Assembly: GCF_963921235.1 (NCBI RefSeq) | Contig: NC_086097.1 | Span: forward strand, 60,452,001-60,516,000 | From: Mobula hypostoma | Taxonomy: Eukaryota | Length of the DNA: 64,000 nt | Reading direction: 5' to 3' | In this document: in pieces, positions 1-12,278 of the stretch | Position numbering within the stretch: the first letter of the stretch is position 1 | Layout: every line of letters starts with the position of its first letter | The notes under the pieces: generated by a model | Databases searched by the model: none | Seen by the model: the letters and a program-made list of their open reading frames with translations, nothing else | Told to the model about the DNA's origin: nothing | Translations under genes and position numbers: made by a program

Positions 1-126
1 GCTGAGTTGCTAGTTTGATGCTTGACCAAGCACGGATGGAAAGCGTACAAGGAGCCGGCTAAATTCGAACCCGCAACCACTTGTCTCGAAGTCCGGTGTG
101 GATGCCACTACAGTACCAGCTGGCTA
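1..126 (-). mobile_element. tRNA-derived SINE 5' head, truncated by window start
   Basis: Minus strand reads TAGCCAGCTGGTACTGTAGTGG...GGGTTCGAATT (pol III A/B-box-like), followed by a non-tRNA body. Confidence 0.55.
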
Positions 127-384
127 TGTAAACAATAGGTACACTAAAAAGCTGGGAGCTGAATATCTCAGTGCACACAAAACATTTAGAAGTGGCCACA
201 ATATGACTCAGCGCTGGGTTAAGCCAATCTTCAACTGCACAGTGTGATTATAGTTGCAGTTGAGTTATGGGATTTTCAAGTCTTTACCATTCTATTTCAA
301 AATCCATTCCATATATTGTTCATCAATTACATAAAGTCCATAGATATTAACATTTGCTCAGTGGCATTGCCTGTCAAAGTGATA

Positions 385-565
385 CAATACAGAAACAGGC
401 CCTTGGGCCACCATCCTCACTGACCAATAAGCATGCATTTACACCAATGCATAGTAATCCAATTTATCACTCTCCCCAAATTCTCATGAACTTCCCCTAG
501 ATTCTACCCATCGCCTAAACACTAGAGGCAACAGACAGTAGCCAATTAACCTACCAACGTACATC
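385..565 (-). mobile_element. Degenerate V-domain (HE1-like) SINE 3' part
   Basis: ACAGAAACAGGCCC (CR1-type tail) through GCCAATTAACCTACCAAC; resembles the reverse complement of the SINE at 12830-13087. Confidence 0.45.
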
Positions 566-801
566 AAAAGGTCGTGATTTTATAGCCTTCTTTAGATAGT
601 CGCTTATTTTGGGAGGGCAGCATTGTCTTTGGGAAGAACTATAATTTAAAGACATCAACCCCTCAAGCCAATGATCTGACTACCTCATTGCTATTTCTGG
701 GAGTTGCTGTGCACTGATTGGTTGCGGAGTATAGCATGGCACACTACATAGGCACTTTGGGACACTATAGTATTATAAAAGTTAGTATCTGACCACAAAT
801 C

Positions 802-1308
802 ACAAACAAGAGAAGATCTGCGGATGCTGGAAATCCGAGTAACACATGCAAAATGCTGGAGGAACTCAGCAGGCTAGTTGGCATCCATGGAAAAAAGTAC
901 AGTCAATGTTTCGGTCTGAAACCCTTCAGCAGGACTGGAGAAAAAATGCTGAGGAGTAGATTTAAAAAGTGGGGGGGGGGGGGAGAGAAACACCAGGTCA
1001 TAGCTGAAGCCAGAAGGGGGAGGGATGAAGTAAAGAGCTGGGAAGCTGTTTAGTGAAAGACACAGAAGGCCATGGAAGAAAGAAAATGGGGGTGGAACAC
1101 CAGAAGGAGGAGTTGATGGGTGGGCAAGGAGTTAAGGTGGGAGAGGAAAAGAGGATGGGAAATGGTGAAGGGGAGAGGGTGGCATTACTGGAAATTTGAG
1201 AAATCGATGTTCATACCATTAGTTTGGAGGCTACCCAAATGGAATATAAGGTGTTGTTCCTCCAGCTCAAGTGAGGTCTCATCATGACAGTGGAGGAGGC
1301 CATGGATA
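802..1308 (-). mobile_element. Penelope-like element 3' fragment (end of GIY-YIG, pyrimidine-rich UTR, terminal repeat with hammerhead-like motif)
   Basis: 11-bp TSD GACCACAAATC at 791-801 and 1309-1319. Homologous to the reverse complement of 46370-47001. Hammerhead-like motif at about 899-938. Confidence 0.85.
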
Positions 1309-3920
1309 GACCACAAATCTGTTGGTATTGTTAATTTTTGCTCTGCAGTGTTTCTGGGCAAGTTTAAAATCAGATCTACTGTAGTACAATGTTATCTTTC
1401 AGCATCAACTTCTTTCAACTGTAAATGTAAATACAGGGTCATCTTTGTTTTAGATGTGCAGTACTTATCAATATTAATCATCAATTTCATTTAATATCTG
1501 AGGAGTCTCTGCTAAGCTCTTCTGATTTAACATTATTTGCAAATTTAAAGTTGCTACAGTGAGTTTCTGAATCAAAATCAATGATTTAATTGAGAAACAT
1601 TATTGACCCCCATACTGAGTGCTCTAAAACCACCCTCAGCACTTTGCCCTAGCCTATCTTACAGTGATAAAGTGTGTTTAATGACAGGTTGGTACTTTCC
1701 ATCCTGTTGTTTTGCTTACTATTTTCAAGACTGATTTCCCATGGTCAAGGGTTTAATTAATGACCCCTAGGAAATCAAGGTGTGGTAGCCTTGATGTGGT
1801 ACTTCGGTTGTTACTGCCTTTAAGATTTCAAGACAAGAAAACATCTTATTCTCTAAATCCAGGCCAACTTCTCTTTAATGGGTTTACTATTAACTGGAAC
1901 TTATCCATGGCAGAAACAAAAACATGCATCTATTACTGACAGGGTTGACTTTTTAAATTCATTCCTAGCTGACTTCCTCTTACAACTCTTCATAAACATG
2001 AGTTCATTCAAAATTCCACTTCCCATTACTCAGCTTCCATCCACCTACAATGTACTTTCTTGACTTACACACGCAATGATTTTATTTAATAATTCTCCTA
2101 CCTAATTTCATGTGTCTCCATGATCTCACCATTTCTGATCTGGTGTCACTGCTATGCTTTCAAACCAATTAGCTGCCAGACAGCATCCCAGCCTCCACTA
2201 AGCTTTGCTCATTTGATTGTGGATCCAACCTTCAATGAAGACCCTGTCATTCCTCACAACTATTCCTGCTAATACGCATTATTTTTCAGTTCCCTTTCAT
2301 AATAAGGTAAAATGCTGTTTCATGCTTTAATAATGTTAGCTTTGACAGCCTTCAGATTCGAAAAGAGCAACTTATGATTTTCAACCTGGAACAGAAGCAG
2401 TGAAAAAATGTTTTTTTGTAAATTTGAATACAAGATTTTTAACACACAAGAAATGTAAATTTAATGCAGCGCAGCAGAAAATATTTACTAAGTTAGTGTG
2501 GAAAATGGTTACATTATTATATGGTGCACAGCTTTACTCCCTTTCTACTTCTTAACTTTTATCCTGTAATGAATGGGCAGGTGCAATGATGATGAATCTT
2601 CTGCTATTTGCTGTCATTGCACCTTGAAATTGAGACAACTCTGAGGTTTGCAAAATTGCAAATTACAAACATGAAAAAATACTTGCAGAAACTGAAGTTG
2701 CTGCCGGTGTTTCAGTGCACCTCCAAAGGCCATACTCGTTGTGACCTCTGGCATTGGAAGCAAGATAAATGATTAAAAGTGAGATTAAACTAAGCCATTT
2801 ACTAACAAGTTCTTCACCAAAACACCTTGAATAAGCCACAATTACTATGTAGGAAAACATTTTGACCTATAAATCTACCTTAAGTATGCGCATGTGATTT
2901 TTGTTTATAAATACTTCAAATTAAAAGTTCTGTTTTATTTTCAAATACTTATTTGTTCTATTTCAGCTTCGATCCTACTCTAGTCTTTACTGAGAATACA
3001 GCAAGCTACTCAAGAATATAATTAAATATGGAGTCTCTGACTCCCTGCTATGTGGTATGTGAGTAATTCTTAATATCATTTGAGGAATCACATTGAGGAG
3101 TGGTGACTACTCAGCTAGCTACTAACATCACTGCTGACAGATGTAAGAGATCTCCTTGAACTCATGCCTCATAGCGGCAGAGTTTAGAAAAGGGGAAGTC
3201 TCTCATTAGTTCTTCACAGGGAGCTTTCTTTAATGTCAACAGCAAGTGAAGTTGCAATTTTGGGCCAAAATATTTTTGTGTCTTTATTAGATAGTCTTAC
3301 ACAGATAAAAATATCAAGGTTTCCTAAACTGATGTATTACAGTAATGCATTATTATAGATTATCCAAAGAGCATTCCAATCTAAACATCATACTTTTCAT
3401 TGTCAAATTTGTTTGTAGAAAATATCAAGCAACTTCAGGATGTACCATGTTCCAATACTACTTTATGCCCAAGTACATTAGGTGTCATGCAGAACAAACC
3501 AAGTAATATAATCTGTTCCATTATACATCAATCTACCCTTTGGATTCCTGGCACATTGCCAATCTTAGATAGAAGTCAGATTTACAACCTAAATGTTAAT
3601 GTGGTAAATATTATAACTCCTGCATAGTATACAGTAGATATGAAGAAACATTTGAATGAATTTGGTGCTGAACCTTGACTTCTGCCAGTTGTAGCACATG
3701 CTTCCATTTTTACAGCTGATGGGTATACACAAACCTCTCGTACATCGATCAGTAATTTCTCATTTTACCAGCCTTGTCTAATCTGCAAAACATATCGGTT
3801 TTCTTATAGATTGTTGCATTGGTGCAAAGTGCTGCTTTTTTCAATTGGCCTTTAATACATGGATGAATTTTCGGCTCAGACGCATGTTGATACATTCCTA
3901 GTTTTGTGCTTAAGAAGTTA

Positions 3921-5542
3921 TGTTAGATTAGATTTGATTAACTTTATTTGTCACACCTACATCAAAATATGCATTGAAATGAGTCACTCGCATCATCAAA
4001 TCACCAAAGGTTGTGCTGGGCCGGCCACAAGTGTTGCAAGAATTCCAGTACCAAGATTGGATGCCCACAGCTCAGCAACTCTAACTCTAACCCATACATA
4101 AGAACATAAGAAATAGGAAAAGGAGTAGGCTATCTAGCCCGTTGAACCTGCTCTGCCAGTCAATAAGATCATGGCTGATCTGGCCATTGACTCAACTCCG
4201 GCTACCTGCCTTTCCACCAAAATCCTTAATTCCCCTACTATGCAAAAATCTATCCAACCTTGTCTTAAATATATTTACTGAGGTAGCCCTCATTGCTTCA
4301 TTGGGCAGAGGATTCCACAGATTCACCACTTTCTGGGAAAAGCAGTTCCTCTTCATCTCCATCCTAAATCTACTCCCTTGAATTTTGAAGCTCTGTCCCC
4401 TAGATGTAGTCTCACCTACCAGTGGAAACAATTTTTCTGCCTCTATTTTATCTATCGCTTTCCTAATTGTATATGTTTCTATAAGATCTCCTATCATTCT
4501 TCTGAATCCCAGCAAGTACAGTTCCAGGTCACTCAATTTCTCCCTATAGTCTAACTCCCTCATCTCTGGAATCAACCTGGTGAACCTCCTCTACATTGCC
4601 TCCAAAGCCAGGATATCCTTCTTCAAGTCAGGTGACCAGAACTGCGGTCAGCACTCCAGCTGTAGCCTCACCAGTACCCTGTACAGTTGCAGCATAACCT
4701 CCCTAGTCTTAAATTCAATCCCTCTAGCAATGAAGGCCAATATTCCAATTACCTTCTTGATAGATTGCTGCACCTGCAAACTAACCTTCAGTGATTCATG
4801 CACAAGCACTCCCAAGTCCATCTGCAATTTTTTAAGTGGATGACCTCGCATTTACCAACACTCTACTCCATCTGCCAGACCCTTGCCCACTCACTTAACC
4901 TATCTATATCTCTCTCTGCAGACTCTCCTTATCTTCAGCACAATTTGCTTTTCCACTCAATTTAGTATCATCAACAAACTCAGATGAACTACACTCGGTC
5001 CCCTCTTCCAGATCGTTAATGTATATCATGAACAGTTGCGGGCCAAGCACCAACCCCTGCGGGAAAACCGCTCACCACTGATTGCCAACCAGAGAAACAC
5101 CCATGTATCCCAACTCGCTGCTCTCTATTAGTTAATCCTCTACCTCTATCCATGCTAATACATCACCCCCAATTCTATGCATTCTTATCTTATCCATAAG
5201 TTTTTTATGCGGCACCTTATCGAACGCCTTATGGAGATCCAAGTAAATAACATCCATCTGTTCCCCTTTATCCACTGCACTCATTATATCTTCAAAGAAC
5301 TCCAGTAAGTTTGTCAAACAGGACCTGCCTTGCTGAATCCATGCTACATCTGCCTGATGGATCCATTTCTTTCTAGACGCTGCGTCTGCCTGATGGATTG
5401 ATTTCTTTCCAGAAATCTTTGGAAAGTGGGAGGAAACTGGAGCCCGCAGAAGAAATCTGTGCCATCACAGCAGGAATTAGCCCTGAGCTTAGAGCCAGCA
5501 CTTTAATTGTGTTACGCTAATCGCTACACCACTGTGTCGCCC
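3921..5542 (-). mobile_element. V-domain SINE split by a CR1 insertion (pieces ~3921-4095 and ~5415-5542)
   Basis: Both pieces match the reverse complement of the SINE at 39662-39978 (tail GACAAATAAAG, V-domain TTTCCTCCCAC). Confidence 0.65.
4096..5412 (-). mobile_element. CR1 LINE, 5'-truncated, decayed RT and 3' UTR
   Basis: ORF fragments TNLLEFFEDI..VIYLDLHKAFDKVPH, DLGVLVHESLKV and FSQKVVNLWNPLP; (TTCTTATG)n tail. Confidence 0.95.
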
Positions 5543-6048
5543 TTCAGCACTTAACAGTGCATAAAAACATTGAGTGAAAATAATGTTCATACTTCTCCAG
5601 TTTACACCATATGTTTCACTGTACTGTATGCAGAACTACAGTAATGTTTGCATCATCAATCAACCATGAGAAACAGTTGTTAACAATAGAAGCAAAACAT
5701 CTCTTAGAGGAATCTTTTCGAATCAGAGATATAACAGGACTGTTGTGCTAACCTACAGCAAAAGAGATTTTGGTGAGTCCACAGATAATTATTTTCTAAG
5801 AAAATACAAATATAATTTGGAACATTTCAGTAGCATGAATGTATTTTTTCATCTCTTGTGTGTGGAAAGGTTATTTCAATGGTCAACTCTCACACTCTAA
5901 TCGAATCAATAGATACACAACTCATAGTTAAATTAATCCCTGCTTTTAATATTAAGAAATATTGAGGAATATGCAAAATCTGAGTCGGACTGCAGCTACC
6001 TTCTTGCGTTATATGTATATATATATATCTATATCTATCTATCTATCT

Positions 6049-6562
6049 ACTGTGCAAAAGTCTTAGGCACTCATGTATAGCTTTGGTGGCTAAGACTCTG
6101 GCATCAGACTAGTAATTTTATGCATTACACAGTACTGCTGCAAAGAAAATCATGATATATGTGAATGATAGTAATCTGATTCTGATATGGGTGTCTGTTG
6201 TGGACTGAAAGTGGGAAAGGATCAGGGAGAGAGGAACCCTGGTTGGGAAAAGGAGAAGGGAGAGGGTAGCACCAGGGAGACATTCTGCAATCATCAATAA
6301 ACCAATTGTTTGTATTCAAATGACCTTGCCTGGTGTTTCACGGCTGGGTGTGTCTGCACCCATGTCATCCCTCGCCCATGGTACTCCTTCTCTGTCACCT
6401 GACCCACCTTCCTCCCGTGCTGCTCCACCTTCACCATTCCCAACATCCTTTGCTCCTGCCAGATTTACAAACTTGCTCTCTGTTCCTCTTTGACAAGTTC
6501 AGTACTGTGCGAAGGATTTCGGCACCCATGCTATATTTTTGCGCCAGACTTTGCTCAGTACT
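6049..6562. mobile_element. Non-autonomous Tc1/mariner-like element with short hairpins at both ends
   Basis: Starts TACTGTGCAAAAGTCTTAGGCAC, ends GACTTTGCTCAGTACT, and carries a second TIR-like copy CAGTACTGTGCGAAG at about 6500. Flanked by TA/TATC repeats. Confidence 0.5.
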
Positions 6563-7322
6563 TTATATATATAGAGATAGATATTTGATTTTCTGGCAGA
6601 AAGGTAACGAGCAACATTAAAATAAATAGATGCCTTCTAGTGATAGTCTGGTCAGAGAAAAGAGCAAGTGGTTAATTAAAAAACTATTGCTTCAGGAATT
6701 GTGCTCTAACTGGTTTTCCAGATTTCTGTAATGCACATTAATGAAATATACTTATCTGTAAGACCCAAAAAGAATCACCTTAGGCTTCAGAATGCAATTA
6801 CTCCCCTGCTTCCTTGCACTTGCGTGATTGGTATTCTACATCAGGACCACTGAGAATGCTAACAGAAGACAACGTAGCAGATTACACCGCAAAGTATCAT
6901 ATATCTTGCAATTTTCTCAAATCAATCCAACTTCTATAAGACATTAATAAAAATGTATAAAATTAACTTCCAGCCTTCATTACATATTTTATAAAATATG
7001 TAAAATATTGAAGATAAAGAAACTGGGTCTCGTTTGATTAGAGCTAAAAAATAGTGAAATTCAATAGCAAGGTTAAAAATCAGAAAAGACTACATAAGGC
7101 AGTAAGACACTATTTATTATGCAAGGGGAAAAGGTTATGCTTACCTTTAAAAGAACAAAAATAATATTTTCAGGGATTTCATTTCAATGAGACAAAGTAT
7201 AGTTAGATATTACTATTCACGTGGCTGCACCCTCTTTAATATTATTTGCCATATCATAATGAACAAACCTGTATATGCTACATGATGAACAAACTTTTGA
7301 AAGTTTCACTTATAACAAGTTC

Positions 7323-7548
7323 CACACATCAAAGTTGCTGGTGAACGCAGCAGGCCAGGCAGCACCTCTAGGAGGAGGTACGGTCGACGTTTCAGGCCGA
7401 GACCCTTCGTCAGGACTTTGAAGGGTCTTGGCCTGAAACATCGATTGTACCTCCTCCTAGAGATGCTGCCTGGCCTGCTGCGTTCACCAGCAACTTTGAT
7501 GTGCATTGTTTGAATTTTCAGCGTCTGCAGAATTCCTCTTGTTTGCAT
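7323..7548. mobile_element. Fold-back mini-insertion made of two inverted PLE terminal repeats
   Basis: Arms ~7325-7417 and ~7418-7504 are near reverse complements. 13-bp TSD TTATAACAAGTTC at 7310-7322 and 7549-7561. Confidence 0.9.
7382..7417 (-). ncRNA. Minimal type I hammerhead ribozyme motif (near intact)
   Basis: Minus strand AGTC-CTGACGA-AGGGTCTCGGCCT-GAAA-CGTC-GACC. Confidence 0.7.
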
Positions 7549-7974
7549 TTATAACAAGTTCATTCAGTTCATGAATACTTCGTTAATTTGTAAAATAAAT
7601 CCAAATAAATCCAACTAAATTAGCAGTGCAAGTGGTATTCCACATAAATCCATGTTCACAGTTCCCAATAGGTGCCTATAATTCTCAACAATTACTATTT
7701 TAATTCTTCACTCACTCCAAAAGCTAATACACACTGAAAATAACTTCCTAATTAATTCTTTACCTCATATGTAACACTAAAAACTTACAACTCAAATGCT
7801 TTTTCAAAACAATTTTGGATAACAACAAATTTCATGACATATGTCAGTGATATTAGGGATTATTATGGCCTTTGAATATCAGATGCTAATTCAAATGAGA
7901 ATCATTCTTCATTTCTCAAAGTAAATTAAAAGCAGTAATTAATGTGAAGTTAAAAGAACACCTTTGCAAATAAG

Positions 7975-8019
7975 AAAACAAGAGAAAATCTGCATATTGC
8001 TGGAAATCCAAGCAACACA

Positions 8020-8057
<38 letters not shown>

Positions 8058-8497
8058 GGAACTCAGCAGGCCAGGCCAGCATCCATGGAAAAGTGGACTG
8101 TCGATATTTTGGGCTGAGACCTTTCATCAGGACTGGAGAAGGGAAGATGAGGAGTCAGAGTAAGAAGGTGGGGAGAGGGGAGGAAGAAACACAAGGTGTA
8201 GGTAAAACCTGGAGGGGTGAAGTAAAGAGCTGAGAAGTTGAATGGTGAAAGAGATACAGGACCAGAGAGGGGGGATCTGATAGGAGAGGACAGAAGGCCA
8301 TGGAAGAAAGAAGAGGGGGAGCACCAGAGGGAGGTGATGAGCAGATAAGGAGATAAGGTGAGAGAGGGAAATGGGAATAGGGAATGGTGAAAGAGAGGGG
8401 CAGGCATTGCCGTGAGTTTGAGAAATCAATATTCATGTCATCAAGCTGGAGGCTACCCAGATGGAATACAAGGTGTTACTGAGCTGTGGCCTCATCA
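7975..8497 (-). mobile_element. Penelope-like element 3' fragment with internal (CA)n
   Basis: Same family as 802-1308. 8-bp TSD CAAATAAG at 7967-7974 and 8498-8505. Core CTGATGA kept, GAAA mutated to AAAA. Confidence 0.85.
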
Positions 8498-9164
8498 CAA
8501 ATAAGTAATACTATTTGTGTAGTACAAGCTGGCCCATAGACTTAGAGATTTGGTTTGCAAAATGTTGTCCATGAGACATTTGCATATGCATCAGCCAAAC
8601 ATTGAAACATCAAACCAGGCTACTACAGCTAAGTTATCTGACCTGAAAGGAACCATTTGTCAGACATAAGATACTGAAGTAAACAATGTCGTTGTAACTA
8701 TGGAAATTGTACTGAATCACTGGTTGTACTTCGATCTTAAAGGTATAAGAATTTGATGTACTTTGAGCTTGTGAGACTCTACTGAAGGTGTCTCCATGAG
8801 AATGGCTGTTTGTCGTGATGAATGCAGTCTTCCATTTCCACAACTTTTCTAATTTCTCCAGTGCCTTAGTCACAGTCATAACAAATGATATTAACCCTGA
8901 TTAGGATTCTAATTCGGTGCCTTTGACATCTTCCATATTCATTCAGACTGGATGTTTCCATTTGTGCTTCATTAACTTTGTTGGATAGTGCTTCTGAATG
9001 CTAGTAGACATTTTGCATCAGCCTGTGTAATTCCAGTGGTTTTTTGTTAAAGTGTCATCTTAACCTTATTCAGAATAGTTACAAATTAATCCAGTATTTC
9101 CACTCTTCTAACTACAAGATAGTTCCGTTAGTAAAAGTTCTCCCTTAATTGCTCTTTATCCTTG

Positions 9165-9832
9165 GTACTGGTATTGATTTATTTCTATTGATTTACTGTT
9201 GTCACATGTACCAAGATACAGTGAAAAGCTTACCTTACATGTTGTTCATACAGATCAAATCATTGCACAGTCTGTTACGTTAGAATAAGATAAAATAATA
9301 GCAAGACAGAATAAAGTGTAAAAGTTACCAAAAAAGTGCAGTGCAGGTAAACGCTAAAGTGCAAGAGCATAACAAGGTAGATTGTGAGGCCAAATGTCCA
9401 TCTTATCATACAAGAGATCCATTCAAGAGTCTGATGACAATGGGTTAGAATCCTTCCTTGAGGCTCTTGGTATGTGCTTTCAGACTTGTGTATCTTCTGC
9501 TTAATGGGAGAGGGGAGAAAATAAGTTGTCCAAGTGGGTAAGATCTTTGATTATGCTGGTTGCTTTACCGTGGCAGTGAGAAGTTCAGATGCAGTCCATA
9601 TAGAGCTGGCTGGTTTTTGTGATGTGCGGAGCAGTGTCTACAACCCCCTGTAGTTTCTTGTGGTCTTATGTGGAGCAGTTGCCATACCAAGTTGTTATGC
9701 ATCTGAACAGAACACTTTCTATGATTAATTGAAAAAATTGGTGAGAATTGATAGTGACATGCCAAATTTCTTTAGCCTGCTGAGGGACTAAAGGCATTGA
9801 TAAGCTTTTTTGGCTGTGACATCTATGTGGTT
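9165..9832 (-). mobile_element. Rex1/Babar-like LINE 3' fragment
   Basis: Homologous to the other Rex1 copies (ACAACTTGGTATGGCAACTGCTCC..; 3' tail GTACATGTGACAA); frameshifted. Confidence 0.75.
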
Positions 9833-10028
9833 AGGCATTATTGCAGGTTATAATGAACCTTAGGTATATTTTTTCAGATTGCATTACCAGCCTAATGTAA
9901 ATTAATAAAATAATTGTGTGTGTCAATTTGTGTGTCAAGTCTATGAAATCATACTGAGCTTTCAGGATCTTATAAACATTCAAGTGGATAGAGTTGTGTG
10001 AAACAGCTGGGTTCATTTATATCTCAAA

Positions 10029-10107
10029 CAGGGGTTCTTAGCCTTTTCTATGCCAAGGGGCCTGACCATTAACTGTAGGGTCTGTGCACTGAAGGTTGGG
10101 AACCCTG
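10029..10107. mobile_element. Short hAT-like MITE
   Basis: Termini CAGGGGTTC ... GGTTGGGAACCCTG; no clean 8-bp TSD. Confidence 0.5.
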
Positions 10108-10908
10108 ATTCAGAATGTGAATTCATAACATCTATTCCTATTTTTATGTATTGATAGATATTATTTCCTCCATGTAATAAAATCTGAGTATTAATTTATC
10201 TAAAATATGTTATGCCATAACCTTCTCTTTAGCAATTGACACAATTAATTTGTAAAATTTGAAATGTGAGAAGGTTCAGATTCAGCGTAGTGATTTGATA
10301 TTAATATATTTCATATTGTCTGGGAATGCTATAAGGGATTCTATATTTTATTTATAGAAGCAACTATATTGGCTGGTAAATTCTATAAATGTTACATGAT
10401 GCTTAGGAAAGGTTGTCGGATGATCTAAGAGACCTGTTTATGCCTTTCTTAATCTTATTGTGTGACTCCCGGTAGAGGCTAACCTGTTGCCCTGGATACA
10501 CATGCTTGCTTCTTGTATCAGGTTGACAATTTCTTAATTGTGATTGAAAGAGCAATTATAATTGATAGAGAAACATTACACCAGCAATCTACCTGAAATG
10601 CATCACCACTCACTCAGACACCACTGAGGTCATAAAAAAAATCACAATATGATTTTATAACAATTCAAGCTATACAGATCTATTAGAAATGTTTAAAAAA
10701 GTAGTTTAATTAGCTAGCAAATAATATTCAGTTATAATTTACATATTTTTTCTTAGCCTATGAATAGAATCAGAGATTAACTGTGATATTGATTATAACT
10801 CAGTAAAAGATTTGCAGGACGTAAGCTAAGGTAGAGGCTTTCAAAATCTAGATGCTAACATCAAGTGCTGTGTTGCTTAGTAAGGCATATATTAGAAAAT
10901 CCACTTTT

Positions 10909-11894
10909 TTTAAATATAATTTCTGCTGAGTTTTTGAAGTGATTACATAGAAGGATAATAACTACCCTCCCCCCTCCTCTTAACCCTACCCCCCGATATA
11001 TACCCCTAGCTGAAAAAAAAGAAAAAGAAAGAAGAACTGCCTGGATATTGGAAGGTTTCCACATGCTCCATAGGATTCAAAATAAATTTAGTATATTTAT
11101 TTATTACTTTCCCCAAGGGACCAATATCTTTATCATTGGAGCAACTAAGTATGCCATCCTATCTTTTGTAAATAAGGATGCCAAATATTCTAAAACGTAT
11201 CATATTTATCTCTTAAATTATAAGTAATTTCTCTCGAGTGGAATACAACTAGCCATTTCATTGTTCCAACGATTCATACTTAAATATGAATCCGATTTCC
11301 AAGTAACTGCTATAGCCTTCTTGGCTACTGCCAATGCAATTTTTATGAGTTCTTTCTGATATTTATTCAGTTTAAGTTTCGGTTTTATCCCTTCAATATC
11401 ACCTAATAGAAATAATACAGTGTTATGTGGAAGTTGAGTCCCAGTAATTTGTTCCAATAAGACTCTTACATTTATCCAAAAAGGTTGAATAACAATGTTT
11501 TTGCCAAAACCCAATGAAATTGAAATTTTAATTCAAAAAGGAAAAATTTAAAAATTTATTTCTTGTATGTATAATTTGATTCAAAAACAGATAATTAAGC
11601 AAGGAATCCACAAGTCAAAACAAAAATGAGAAACAGATCTGAATATTAATATTGATGAAACAAATTGGTCAAGACAGTGTCTTGACAGTATGACAAATAC
11701 AATAAACATTCGACTTAGATTAGTGCAATATAATTTTTTACACCAATTATATGTCACACCGCAAAAAATAAATAGATTAAATTCAAACCTATCTGATCAA
11801 TGTTTTCGGTGTCATCAAGAAATTAGTACTTTCTTACATTCTACTTGGTCTTGTTCTAAAATTCAACCTTTTTGGATAAATTTAAGAGTCTTAA
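10909..11894 (-). mobile_element. L1-clade LINE 3' end with 5' inversion
   Basis: 16-bp TSD TAGAAAATCCACTTTT (10893-10908, 11895-11910). Plus segment encodes the Cys-rich ORF2 C-terminus (CFRCHQEISTFLHSTWSC); minus segment continues IQPFWINVRVL..IALAVAKKAIAVTWK. Confidence 0.9.
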
Positions 11895-12225
11895 TAGAAA
11901 ATCCACTTTTGAGCAAGTAGAATAATGATAGAGTATCGAAGCATAAATGCCACTGTTTTGATGGCACTTTGTTCCTTGAAGTGTCTCCAATAATTCCCAT
12001 GACCTGCTAACATTTCTAGCACTTATTATTTATACACTGGAGTATTTCTTCCAGGCCACTGGATTTCTGAAGAGGGAGAGGTACCGGAGCAAGGGAAACT
12101 TTTACTTGGCAAAGGATCATGGCAGATTCGATAATTCGGCCCTTAGCTTTCAGAGAATTACCAGGCTATATTGTAAGCTTTAAAAGTGTTTAGCTTACAC
12201 AGCTCTTCTGGAACACAGAATCACC

Positions 12226-12230
<5 letters not shown>

Positions 12231-12275
<45 letters not shown>
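12231..12275. repeat. (CA)n microsatellite
   Basis: Direct reading. Confidence 0.98.

Positions 12276-12278
<3 letters not shown>

Noticed and set aside
965..1180. G-rich tract as a specific G-quadruplex regulatory element
   Set aside because: It is the complement of the pyrimidine-rich PLE 3' UTR, repeated at about 8.2-8.4 kb and 46.6-46.85 kb.
8634..8879. 81-aa minus-strand ORF as host exon
   Set aside because: No recognisable homology and no convincing acceptor/donor pair.
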